NCBI GenBank assembly: GCA_031268985.1
Contig: JAIRWN010000031.1
Span: forward strand, 1-59,028
Origin: Holosporales bacterium
GTDB lineage: Bacteria; Pseudomonadota; Alphaproteobacteria; UBA3830; JAIRWN01
Length of the DNA stretch: 59,028 bases
Direction of reading: 5' to 3'
The translations under genes were made by a program, and so were the position numbers. Positions 50,406 through 59,028 of this stretch are shown in pieces. Positions within the stretch are counted from its first letter, which is position 1. Every line of letters starts with the position of its first letter. The notes under the pieces are model-generated. The model worked only from the letters and a program-made list of their open reading frames with translations. It made no database searches and was not told the origin of the DNA.

Positions 50406-51374
50406 ATGAATCGCATAGCAATAATATTCCCAGGTCAAGGTGTTCAAAAACCGGAAATAGGAAAATGGCTATATGATAATTTTCCATCGGCAAAATTGCT
50501 GTTTGAGGAAGTTAACGACGCTTTAGATACAAAATTAACCGACATAATGTTTTGCGAGGAAAGATTTGACCAGCTTAAGCTTACGCAAAATGCTCAACCT
50601 GCAATTATGGCTGTAGGCAGCGCAGTTATGCAGGTTCTCTCAACTGATTTTGGTCTTAATGCCGACAAGTTCGCTTGCTGTGTCGCCGGACATTCTTTGG
50701 GCGAGTACACCGCTTTAGTTGCAACGAACATGTTTAGCGTTCGGGATGGAGCGAAATTATTGCATAGACGTGGGATGGCTATGCAAAACGCTGTTCCCTT
50801 AGGAATTGGCGGTATGACGGCGATTTTGGGGATAGACGACGTTTCCGTTATCGAAGAAATCGCCAAAGCGGCGACTGGCAATGCCGGCATATGCGAGATC
50901 GCCAATGATAACTGTCCGGGACAGTGCGTACTTAGCGGGCATAAAAAAGCTGTCGATCTTGCTGGAGCTCTCGCAAAAGAAAAAGGAGCAAAGGCCGCAA
51001 TACCTCTCGACGTTTCTGTGCCTTCGCATTGCAGCCTTATGTCTTCGGTTTGCAGTATTATAAAAGATTATCTCTCTGAGGTTGAGAAAAAAAGCGCCTC
51101 GCTTCCTATTATCCAAAACTATACAGCAAAAGAAGAAACTGATCCCGGCACAATTGCCAACAATCTCGCAGCTCAAATAACCGGCCGCGTTAGGTGGCGT
51201 GAAAGCATGTTGTCGCTTGCAGAAAAAGGTGTGCGTAAGATTATTGAAGTTGGCCCGGGAAGTATCCTGAAAGGCTTGGCAAAAAGGACTATCCCTGAAG
51301 TTGAGGTTTTGTCAATAAACTCGACAAGCGATTTGGAGAGCGCGGCTAATATTGTATCTGAAGGAAGAGGATAA
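50406..51374 (+). CDS. fabD: Malonyl CoA-acyl carrier protein transacylase
   Basis: 322 aa with FPGQG, the active-site GHSLGEY and VSVPSH. Confidence 0.92.
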   Translation: MNRIAIIFPGQGVQKPEIGKWLYDNFPSAKLLFEEVNDALDTKLTDIMFCEERFDQLKLTQNAQPAIMAVGSAVMQVLSTDFGLNADKFACCVAGHSLGEYTALVATNMFSVRDGAKLLHRRGMAMQNAVPLGIGGMTAILGIDDVSVIEEIAKAATGNAGICEIANDNCPGQCVLSGHKKAVDLAGALAKEKGAKAAIPLDVSVPSHCSLMSSVCSIIKDYLSEVEKKSASLPIIQNYTAKEETDPGTIANNLAAQITGRVRWRESMLSLAEKGVRKIIEVGPGSILKGLAKRTIPEVEVLSINSTSDLESAANIVSEGRG

Positions 51375-51378
51375 ATGA

Positions 51379-52116
51379 ATGTTTGATCTGTCTGGGAAAA
51401 CTGCTTTTATAACCGGGGCTACCGGCGCAATAGGCTCCGTTATAGCCAAAACATTCCATAAACAAGGCGCTAAAGTTGTTTTGTCCGGAACTAACGTTTC
51501 AATTTTGGAGAACCTTGTTTCCGAGCTATCGGAGGACGCGTTTTCCTATAACCTGAATCTTTCAAATGTAAATGATATTCCAAAAATTTATAGCGAAATA
51601 GAAAAAAACGTCGGTTTTATAGACATATTGGTCAATAACGCAGGTATTAATCGAGACAAGCTTTTTGTTCGTATGACCGACGATTCTTGGCAGGAAGTCA
51701 TGAATGTTAATCTAACTGCGCCTTTTGTCCTTATGCGAGAAAGTGTTAGAAGTATGGTAAAAGCCCGCAAAGGCAGAATCATTAATATTTCATCAATTGT
51801 CGGTATTGCAGGCAATCCGGGACAAGCCAACTATTCCGCTGCAAAGGCGGGGCTGATTGGAATGACAAAGACTGTTGCTGCGGAAATTGCAAGCCGAGGA
51901 ATAACCGTAAATTGCATTGCGCCGGGGTTTATAAAATCCGCTATGACAGACAGATTAGAAGACAAACAAAAACAGAAACTTGTCGACAATATTCCTATGC
52001 GCAAAATTGGTATTCCGGAGGACGTGGCTTCTGCTGCGGTTTTTTTGGCAAGCGATGAGGCGCAATACATCACCGGTCAGACCATACACATAAATGGTGG
52101 AATGCTTATGGTTTAG
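51379..52116 (+). CDS. fabG: 3-oxoacyl-[ACP] reductase
   Basis: 245 aa SDR with TGATGAIG, NNAG, the S...YSAAK catalytic motif and INGGM. Confidence 0.92.
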   Translation: MFDLSGKTAFITGATGAIGSVIAKTFHKQGAKVVLSGTNVSILENLVSELSEDAFSYNLNLSNVNDIPKIYSEIEKNVGFIDILVNNAGINRDKLFVRMTDDSWQEVMNVNLTAPFVLMRESVRSMVKARKGRIINISSIVGIAGNPGQANYSAAKAGLIGMTKTVAAEIASRGITVNCIAPGFIKSAMTDRLEDKQKQKLVDNIPMRKIGIPEDVASAAVFLASDEAQYITGQTIHINGGMLMV

Positions 52117-52145
52117 TGTTTTACATTTTGATTAGCGTTAGCTTG

Positions 52146-52171
52146 CTTGGCCAAAGGCCATGCTAATTTTG
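52146..52171 (+). terminator. Possible weak terminator after fabG
   Basis: Imperfect hairpin GCTTGGCC-AAA-GGCCATGC (one mismatch) followed by TAATTTT. Confidence 0.3.
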
Positions 52172-52287
52172 GGCTTGAATACTCTGGACATTTTGGATTG
52201 CTTTGACTAAACTATTGTGGGGCTTAAGCAATGGTCGGCGAGTTGTCTATTTCGTTTGAATGAGAATGTTTTCTTTCGCTTAGCTAT

Positions 52288-54846
52288 ATGAACATAGAAA
52301 AATTTACAGACATAACAAAAGAAATCATAGAAGAAGCTCAAAAAACGGCAGCTTCATTCGGTCATCAGCGAGTCTGCGCTGAGCACCTTATGTCGGCTTT
52401 GATTAAAAACAAAAAAAGTCCGGCCTCACAACTTTTGAGCAAGATTGGGGTATCAACGGAAAATATATCGCGAGATATAGTCGACTTGCTTAAAAAACAG
52501 CCTAAGGTTGAAGGCAGCAGCGTAAACCTTTACATAGACCAAACATTATCACGTTTGATTGTTGTCGCTGAAGAATTTGTCAAAAAATCTGGCGATGAGT
52601 TTGTAACTCCGGAACGTCTGCTTGAGGCGTTTTTTCAGTTTTCAGACCTGGAAGCGACAAAGGTATTAATGTCGCATGGAGTAACTGCGCTGAACCTGTC
52701 AGAAGCGATCAACGAATATAGGGGCGGTCGAAAAGCTGATTCAGCAACCGCCGACGAAGGGTTTGAGGCGCTAAAAAAATATACGCGGGACCTTACTGAC
52801 GAGGCCGAGAAAGGTAAGCTCGATCCGGTAATAGGACGAGGAGAAGAGATACGTCGCACCATGCAAGTTTTAAGCCGTCGCACAAAAAACAATCCCGTTC
52901 TTATAGGCGAGCCTGGCGTTGGGAAAACTGCCATTGTTGAAGGTTTGGCGTTAAGAATAACAAATAATGACGTGCCGGAAAGTCTGCGCAACTGTTCTTT
53001 GCTGGCATTGGATCTTGGCGCAATTATAGCGGGAGCAAAATTCCGTGGTGAATTCGAAGAACGCCTTAAGGCCGTGTTATCAGAAATCGCAAACAAAAAC
53101 GGCAATGTTATTCTGTTCATAGATGAGCTTCATACTCTTGTAGGCGCTGGAAAAGCAGATGGAGCTATGGATGCGGCCAATATGCTTAAACCAGCTCTGG
53201 CCAGAGGAGAGTTGCACTGTGTGGGAGCGACTACGCTTGACGAATATCGTCAGCATATAGAAAAAGATGCGGCTTTGGCACGCAGGTTCCAGCCTGTTTA
53301 TGTCCAGGAAGCAACAGTTGAAGATACCGTATCCATATTGCGGGGCATAAAAGAGAAATACGAACTTCATCACGGCATAAAGATTACCGATGGCGCAATA
53401 ATTTCCGCTGCAAACCTTTCAAACAGATATATTGCAGACAGGTTTCTGCCGGATAAAGCAGTTGATTTGATTGACGAGGCGGCAAGTCGTCTGCGTATGG
53501 CGGTTGACTCAAAGCCCGAGCAACTCGACCAACTAGATCGTCAGATAATGCAGCTTAAAATTGAAAAAGAAGCCTTAAATAAGGAAAAAAGCGATGAATC
53601 TAAAGAGAGGCTGAAAAAATTGGAAGCCGAACTGGCTCAGGCAGAGAAAGATTACAGTTCTTTAGAAACGCTTTGGTTGGAAGAAAAGAACAAAATTGCC
53701 AAATCCAATGAGACTAAGGCTCAGCTTGATAGGGCAAGACAGAACCTGGAGCAAGCTCAACGCGCCGGAGATTGGGCTCGTGCCGGAGAGCTCATGTATT
53801 CCGCTATCCCGTCGTTGGAAGCTGAGCTTAAAAATGCCGAAAAATCCGGAGCTCAACCACATTTTGTTCAAGAATCAGTGGACTCTCAGGACATTGCGGC
53901 AATAGTTTCCAGATGGACTGGGATTCCTGTCGATAAGATGCTTGGATCTGAAAAAGAAAAACTTTTGGGGTTAGAGACAGAGCTTAAAGGTCGTGTGGTT
54001 GGGCAAGACCACGCAGTTCAAGCTGTTTCTGATGCAATAAGACGTTCGCGCGCCGGCCTTAAAGACGCGCACAGGCCAATGGGAAGTTGTTTGTTTTTAG
54101 GGCCGACCGGGGTTGGAAAGACAGAGCTTGCAAAGGCTTTGGCTTGGTTTCTGTTTGACAGCGATAATGCCATGATTCGAATTGATATGTCCGAATACAT
54201 GGAGAAACACTCCGTATCGCGATTAATTGGCTCTCCTCCGGGTTATATTGGATACGAGCAAGGAGGCGCGCTTACTGAGGCAGTAAGACGTCGTCCGTAT
54301 CAAGTAATATTATTCGACGAAATAGAAAAAGCTCATGCGGATGTTTTTAATATGCTGTTGCAGGTCATGGATGATGGCCGCCTGACCGACGGCCAAGGCA
54401 AAACGGTAGATTTCAGTAATACTTTGATAATACTGACGTCCAATCTTGGTTCTGAACTTGTAAAGGACGATACAAGCGGCAATGACGATAAGCGGATAAT
54501 GGAAGTCGTCAAGGGCGTTTTCAGACCGGAATTCTTAAACAGGCTGGATGAAATTCTGATTTTTAACCGTCTCCGTCGCGAGAACATGCGTGAGATCGTT
54601 GATATTCAACTTAAAAAACTCGTCGCTAAACTTGAGGCTCAAGGCATTGCGCTAGACGTCGACGGGAAAGCGAAAGATTGGCTGACCAAGGAGGGATTTG
54701 ACAGCGTATACGGCGCTCGTCCTCTACGTCGAATAATTCAAAAGGAACTGGAAAATCCAATCGCATCAAAAATTATCGCCGGCCTAGGCTCGGATAAAAT
54801 TCGAGTGACCATAAACAGCAAGGGAACTTCGCTGCAAGCGCTTTGA
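52288..54846 (+). CDS. clpB: ATP-dependent chaperone ClpB
   Basis: 852 aa with two AAA+ modules (GEPGVGKT and GPTGVGKT), a middle coiled-coil and an N-terminal Clp repeat. Confidence 0.95.
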   Translation: MNIEKFTDITKEIIEEAQKTAASFGHQRVCAEHLMSALIKNKKSPASQLLSKIGVSTENISRDIVDLLKKQPKVEGSSVNLYIDQTLSRLIVVAEEFVKKSGDEFVTPERLLEAFFQFSDLEATKVLMSHGVTALNLSEAINEYRGGRKADSATADEGFEALKKYTRDLTDEAEKGKLDPVIGRGEEIRRTMQVLSRRTKNNPVLIGEPGVGKTAIVEGLALRITNNDVPESLRNCSLLALDLGAIIAGAKFRGEFEERLKAVLSEIANKNGNVILFIDELHTLVGAGKADGAMDAANMLKPALARGELHCVGATTLDEYRQHIEKDAALARRFQPVYVQEATVEDTVSILRGIKEKYELHHGIKITDGAIISAANLSNRYIADRFLPDKAVDLIDEAASRLRMAVDSKPEQLDQLDRQIMQLKIEKEALNKEKSDESKERLKKLEAELAQAEKDYSSLETLWLEEKNKIAKSNETKAQLDRARQNLEQAQRAGDWARAGELMYSAIPSLEAELKNAEKSGAQPHFVQESVDSQDIAAIVSRWTGIPVDKMLGSEKEKLLGLETELKGRVVGQDHAVQAVSDAIRRSRAGLKDAHRPMGSCLFLGPTGVGKTELAKALAWFLFDSDNAMIRIDMSEYMEKHSVSRLIGSPPGYIGYEQGGALTEAVRRRPYQVILFDEIEKAHADVFNMLLQVMDDGRLTDGQGKTVDFSNTLIILTSNLGSELVKDDTSGNDDKRIMEVVKGVFRPEFLNRLDEILIFNRLRRENMREIVDIQLKKLVAKLEAQGIALDVDGKAKDWLTKEGFDSVYGARPLRRIIQKELENPIASKIIAGLGSDKIRVTINSKGTSLQAL

Positions 54847-54957
54847 CCGACGTCTGAGTTTTAAAAACGCTGCCTTTTTCAAAAAGCCAATAGGGCTGCT
54901 TATTTACAAAGATTGCCCGCAGGTTGTTATGCCATCAGTCTTGCCGAACAAAAGACG

Positions 54958-56295
54958 TCATAACACTTTACCACTTAGTAATTGTTGGATTTGGTTTTGC
55001 GTAATTCGGTTTCCTTTGAATCGTTTTATAAAACCGAGCATAGTCTCAAAATTTCTAAGCAGTTTGTTAACTTCTTGAACTGACGTTCCGGAGCCGGTGG
55101 CTATACGTCTTTTCCTACTACCCTTGATGATTCTATAGTCTTTTCTTTCTTGCCCGGTCATTGATTGTATAATCGACAACTGCCTTTTTACCATCGTTTC
55201 GCTGTTTGTTTTGGCATTGGCTTTCTCTATTAGCGAACCGATTCCGGGAAGCATTCCAAGGATACTGCTTACGCCGCCCATTTTACTTAGCGTTTGAATT
55301 TGCTTAGCCAAGTCGTTTAAGTCAAACCCTCCACGCATTAAACGAGCGGAGCTGCCTTTTTCTTCATCTTCGCCAGCCGTCTTTCCTATTTGTTCTATCA
55401 AAGAGACTACATCCCCTATCCCAAGGATTTTTTTGGCGATCTTTACGGGGTCAAAACGTTCGATATCACTTAGTTTTTCACCGGTACTTAAAAATACAAT
55501 CGGAGCGCTTGTTGCCTTTCCTATGGAAATTATTGCCCCACCTTTCGTATCGGCGTCTACGCGCGTCATTACAACGCCGGTGATTTTTAAAACGGCCGCG
55601 AATTGCTGCGCCATTTTTACTGCGTCTTGCCCCATCATAGAATCAACAACGAGGAAAACTTCATCCGGATCAAACGCTTTATGAACGTTGTCTAGCTCTT
55701 GCATCATATCTGCATCTGTGTGTAAGCGGCCAGCCGTATCCATGATCAGCGTTTGACAATTACTTGTCTTGAAGGCTTCTAAAGTTTTTTTAACTATATC
55801 AATCGAACCAATATCGAGCGCAGCGCTAAAAAATTCTGCTCCAGCTTTTTCGGAAAGAATTCTAAGCTGCTCTGCTGCGGCAGGACGGTAAATATCGCAT
55901 GTCGCGGTCATCACTTTTTTTTGTTTGAGCATACTGGCTAGTTTCGCGGCAACCGTAGTTTTTCCCACTCCTTGCAGCCCAACTAACATAATGCGTTTCG
56001 GGTGTGATTTTTCAAGAACGTCTCGATTGTTTTCTGACAACATAGAGACCAGTTGATCATTGACCATTTTTATAATCAACTGGTCAGGAGTAATGCTTTT
56101 GACCACTTGTTGACCGACAGCTTGCTCTTTTAGGTTATTGATAAACTCTTTGACTATTGCCAAAGAAATATCTGCTTCCAGAAGCGATATTCTAATTTCA
56201 CGAATTGCATTTTCTATATCTTCAGAGCGAAGAATACCCGTGCGTTGCAGACCACTGAATATCGAGCCGAATCTTTTTGAGATGTTTTCAAACAA
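54958..56295 (-). CDS. ffh: Signal recognition particle protein Ffh
   Basis: GLQGVGKTT, DTAGR and a Met-rich M domain. The conserved N-terminus (M)FENISKRF begins at TTG 56293-56295. The track's 35-codon upstream extension has no Ffh counterpart. Confidence 0.9.
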   Translation of the reverse strand: MFENISKRFGSIFSGLQRTGILRSEDIENAIREIRISLLEADISLAIVKEFINNLKEQAVGQQVVKSITPDQLIIKMVNDQLVSMLSENNRDVLEKSHPKRIMLVGLQGVGKTTVAAKLASMLKQKKVMTATCDIYRPAAAEQLRILSEKAGAEFFSAALDIGSIDIVKKTLEAFKTSNCQTLIMDTAGRLHTDADMMQELDNVHKAFDPDEVFLVVDSMMGQDAVKMAQQFAAVLKITGVVMTRVDADTKGGAIISIGKATSAPIVFLSTGEKLSDIERFDPVKIAKKILGIGDVVSLIEQIGKTAGEDEEKGSSARLMRGGFDLNDLAKQIQTLSKMGGVSSILGMLPGIGSLIEKANAKTNSETMVKRQLSIIQSMTGQERKDYRIIKGSRKRRIATGSGTSVQEVNKLLRNFETMLGFIKRFKGNRITQNQIQQLLSGKVL

Positions 56296-56489
56296 ATTTT
56301 TACTTTTAAATCGCCGAATTTTTACTGAATGATAGCAAACTGTGCAAAATATTACAAAACAGGAGATTGGGCGGAATAATCTTATGTCGGCGTTTTGCAA
56401 AAAAATCCCGCTGACGCATAAAATGTTAGTTACTTTGAATCATATTGGTTGACAACAGCCGATTTCTGAAACAAATTTGTAAGCCATTC

Positions 56490-56579
56490 GGAGGGGTGGC
56501 CGAGCGGTTTAAGGCACCGGTCTTGAAAACCGGCAGGAAGGTAACTTTCTCGTGGGTTCGAATCCTACCCCCTCCACCA
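56490..56579 (+). tRNA. tRNA-Ser (anticodon UGA), long variable arm, CCA encoded
   Basis: Acceptor GGAGGGG/CCCCTCC, anticodon stem CCGGT/ACCGG with loop CTTGAAA, a variable arm of about 19 nt, and T-loop TTCGAAT. Confidence 0.92.
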
Positions 56580-56746
56580 AGATATAGTCCGAACAGATTC
56601 AGAGAAGTATAATTTTATAGTGAGGGATGGCAGATTTGTTAGGTTTTAGTGGTAGTATTTATTCAAACGAGTCTAATAAAATCCGCTTGCATCCTGGTAT
56701 TTTTGGTACCAAAATCGGTACCAGAGATTTTTGTATGGATGGTTCG

Positions 56747-57487
56747 ATGTTGAATGATGCGGTATGCAGGAATGCTAAGGGAAGGGACAAGATTTATACA
56801 ATAACCGATGAGAAGGGGTTATGCCTGGAAATCTATCCGAACGGAAATAAATTCTGGAGGCTTTACTACAGGCACGCAGGAGTGAAGAAGCGGATAGCGT
56901 TAGGGGTGTATCCTGAGGTTTCGTTGAGAGAAGCCAGAGACAAAAGGGAGGAGCTCAGAGCAATCATCAAGGGAGGAGAAGACCCTGCTGAGATCAGGAG
57001 GCGGGATAAGCTTGAGGCTAAGGAAGCCGTACAGAACACGTTCAAGAACATTGCGTTGGAATGGCTTGAGAAGAAGAAAGGGTCAGTAATAGCGCGTCAG
57101 ATGTTTTCTATTACCAGAAGGCTGGAGATGAATGTGCTGCCGTTTCTAGGCAGTATTCCAATAAAGAAGATATCACCTAAAGATTTACTAGCGACCATAC
57201 GCAAAGTGGAGGAGCGAGGAGCGTTAGATATGGCTCATCGTACTCTGCAGTATGTGGGGCAGATTTTTCGTTATGCGATAGCCACAGACAGATGTGAGCA
57301 CGACGTTACCGCAGACCTAAGGGGAGCGTTAATGCCCGTGAAATCAAATCACTATGCGTATTTTTCAGAGAAGGAGTTTTGTAAGTTTCTGAATGGTTTT
57401 CATGAATTCAGAGGGAATGTTCTGACGAAGCTAGCGTTGGAGTTGTTGATACTGACGTTTGTTACGTTGAGGAGACGCCAACGTTGA
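56747..57487 (+). pseudogene. P4-family tyrosine integrase, truncated (arm-binding DUF4102 and part of the SAM-like core-binding domain only)
   Basis: MLNDAVCRNAKGRDKIYTITDEKGLCLEIYPNGNKFWRLYYRHAGVKKRIALGVYPEVSLREARDKREELRAIIKGGEDP is a typical P4-integrase N-terminus. The frame ends ...LELLILTFV-TLRRRQR-stop after 246 aa. The R..HxxR..Y catalytic domain is absent, and the last codons are encoded by the 45-bp repeat. Confidence 0.8.
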
Positions 57488-57513
57488 TTGCGTTTATAAA
57501 CTAAGCCAACCCG
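57469..57513. repeat. 45-bp direct repeat, copy A
   Basis: GAGGAGACGCCAACGTTGATTGCGTTTATAAACTAAGCCAACCCG is 44/45 identical to 58955-58999. It lies 7 nt beyond the LRR stop codon and supplies the premature end of the integrase frame. Confidence 0.9.
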
Positions 57514-57520
57514 TTTGAGC

Positions 57521-58737
57521 TTAATGTCTGGCAATCACAACCCTAGCTGTTTTAGGAATAGCGTTTCCTCTTATACTTCTCAGTCGAGAGTCGGGCTCAA
57601 ATCCTACCCTGCGCAGGCTGTGGCATTCCTCAAAACACAGCCCGCTAATTATCTCTACACTCCGCGGAATACGGATAGATCTCAGTGAAGCACAACCCGA
57701 AAAGGCCCCCGCTTCGATCTCTCTCAATTGTGAACGGTCCTCAAACGTTACTCTTTTCAGAGCTCTACAATCCGAAAAGCAATTGTCGCTTATTCTTCGT
57801 ACACTAGCCGTAATGTCAATAGATGTCAGTAAAGTGCAGAAAGAAAAGGCCTCACTTCCGATCTCTATCAATTGTGAACCGGTCTTAAACGTTATACTGC
57901 TCAGGCTTTCACAATAACAAAAACACTCTTTCCCGAGGGTCCGTACACCTGGCGGAACGCTTATCGATTCCAGTGAAGAACAATTGGAAAAGGCTCGGCC
58001 TTTGATCTCTCTCAATCGAGAGCCAGGCCCAAAGTATGCGGCTTCTAGTCGTCTACAACAAAAAAACATTCCCTTTCGAGAACTACTACACTCCGCGGAA
58101 TATCCATAGATATCAGTGAAATACAACTAGCAAAGGCGCCAGATCCGATACTTGTCAAGCGCGAGTCGGGCCCAAAGTATACGGATTCTAGTCTTTCACA
58201 ATCAGAAAAAACATTTTTTCCGAGAGTCTTTACACCTGAAGGAATGTTAATAGATGTCAGTAAAATGCAGTAAGAAAAAGCCCCACTTTCGATCGATGTC
58301 AATTGCGAGTCGAGCGCAAACGTCACATCGCTCAGTGCGTTACAAGCACCAAAACACTCTTCTCCGAGAGTCTTTACCCCTGAAGGAATGTTAATAGATG
58401 TTAGTGAAGTGCAGTAAGAAAAGACCCGACAGTTGATCCTTGTCAATTGCGAGCCGGGCTCAAAGACTATAATTGACAAACGACCACGACGACCGGAATA
58501 GGGGCCGCCGACAGTGCTCATAGGACTCGCAAACCACTCTCTGTTATTATTCCTAGCAATTATCCCACTTTGGGCCTGACTTGCCACCCCATCTACACAA
58601 AGTATTCTTCTGGAAAATTGGCTAGAGTCTCTGCCTATAACTTTCTTAAGACTACAATTTGCGATTTCAGGGATAAGCAATGCTGCTACTGATGCTATTA
58701 TAACTTTTTTCACGATTATTCCTTTTATAATGAGCAA
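57521..58737 (-). pseudogene. BspA-type (LRR_5-like) leucine-rich-repeat surface protein, split into two ORFs by a 1-nt frameshift in a T7 run
   Basis: ORFs 58045..58737 and 57521..58126 overlap out of frame. Both carry the same ~24-aa repeat (F..C.SL.SI.IP.SV..LG..CF..C..L..V.F). The frame switch maps to A7 at 58060-58066. The likely start is GTG 58713 (AAGGA SD), giving the signal-like MKKVIIASVAALL. Confidence 0.8.
58221..58427 (-). repeat. In-gene tandem duplication, 144-bp period (two LRR units)
   Basis: 58221-58284 and 58365-58427 are near-identical (cgagagtctttac.cctgaaggaatgttaatagatgt.agt.aa.tgcagtaagaaaa). They encode the duplicated SINIPSGVKTLG blocks 48 aa apart. Confidence 0.85.
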
Positions 58738-58909
58738 TGTTAACTGAGCGATAGTATTAAACTGACGTCAGTTTCGCAATATATTTAATATTTTTTTACC
58801 AATCAGCCGATTGGCTGGCTAGTACGGCGTTTCTGTTCTTAAATTAGCTTTAGCTAGATTAGCGAATAGATCGAATTGCTTGCTATGCTAATTTGACCTG
58901 AAATAGAAG

Positions 58910-58938
58910 CCCCCGCTGCAGGGCAAGCAGCGCGGGGG
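58910..58938 (-). terminator. GC-rich hairpin, probable terminator of the gene lying to the right (minus strand)
   Basis: CCCCCGC (58910-58916) pairs with GCGGGGG (58932-58938), with extra inner pairs. On the minus strand it is followed by the T-rich CTTCTATTTC. Confidence 0.45.
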
Positions 58939-58954
58939 ATCTTGTGATTGCGTC

Positions 58955-58999
58955 GAGGAGACGCCAACGTTGATTGCGTTTATAAACCAAGCCAACCCG
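58955..58999. repeat. 45-bp direct repeat, copy B
   Basis: GAGGAGACGCCAACGTTGATTGCGTTTATAAACCAAGCCAACCCG. A minus-strand TAA at 59007-59009 sits at the same 7-nt offset as the LRR stop does from copy A. Confidence 0.9.
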
Positions 59000-59028
59000 G
59001 TCGGGTTTATATTACCTTCCCGGTATGG

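Larger units (their letters stand above)
56580..59028. mobile_element. Left end of a degraded tRNA-Ser-associated genomic island (integrase remnant plus LRR cassette); right boundary outside the window
   Basis: A P4-type integrase N-terminus begins 168 nt after the tRNA-Ser 3' end, the classic island arrangement. The cargo is an LRR surface-protein gene. No second copy of the tRNA 3' end was found inside the window. Confidence 0.5.

Noticed and set aside
56296-56400. N-terminal extensions in the ORF track: ffh 56296..56400, ABC ATPase 40244..40333, trxA 46131..46196, HisF-like 27730..27816 and AACS 14461..14526.
   Set aside because: In each case the conserved family N-terminus starts at an internal start codon with a better SD or context, and the extension either overlaps the upstream gene or has no counterpart in the family.
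58221-58427. Regularly spaced near-identical repeats that could be mistaken for a CRISPR-like array
   Set aside because: The period is 144 bp, exactly 48 codons. The repeats are in frame inside the LRR gene and encode the duplicated SINIPSGVKTLG units, and there are no unique spacers. This is a coding tandem duplication.
57469-58999. Interpretation of the 45-bp repeats as integron attC sites, IS terminal repeats or island att sites
   Set aside because: The repeats are direct rather than inverted and no transposase lies between them. They do not match the tRNA-Ser 3' end. I could not fit the attC R''/R' core consensus (RYYYAAC/GTTRRRY): GTTGATT and GCCAAC each violate it. The adjacent integrase is P4-type, not IntI-type. 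The element is reported as unexplained instead.

Overview
This 59 kb window looks like a chromosomal segment of an AT-leaning alphaproteobacterium. The evidence for that is a two-piece (permuted) tmRNA, a DUF2155-mlaD pair, a PleD-like GGDEF protein and a short RNase D. Coding density is high and most genes are housekeeping. They cover cell envelope and division (murC, murG, mreBC, ftsZ, ftsH, glmM, pal, bamE, a porin), lipid synthesis (accD, fabD, fabG, pgpA, lipB), proteostasis (clpX, clpB, ffh, tmRNA), redox (trxA, trxB), tRNA modification (trmB, tsaD), tyrS, infA, folA and dapF. Classical operons are fragmented: dcw is split, there is no mreD-pbp2-rodA after mreC, and no acpP-fabF after fabG. 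Together with the accessory content, this suggests a host-associated or intracellular lifestyle (inference). All product calls come from motif recognition by eye; no searches were run. I found no CRISPR array, IS element, toxin-antitoxin pair or recognisable defence system. The most unusual locus is the right end of the window. A tRNA-Ser(UGA) is followed by a P4-type integrase that has lost its catalytic domain. The integrase breaks off exactly at a 45-bp sequence that recurs (44/45 identical) 1.5 kb further on. Between the two copies lies a BspA-type leucine-rich-repeat surface-protein gene, split by a 1-nt loss in a homopolymer tract; one added T restores it. Other accessory items are: a signal-peptide-bearing histidine-phosphatase-like orphan next to ssrA; a self-contained secreted orphan with an acidic tail; an orphan cheA-cheW pair with an unusual CheA C-terminus; a degenerate receiver plus GGDEF pair; an O-antigen/LPS block with an amidotransferase-HisF-HisH trio; and two unusually long non-coding gaps around folA and tRNA-Lys, which carry a G10 tract and TTTGCAAA-core palindromes.
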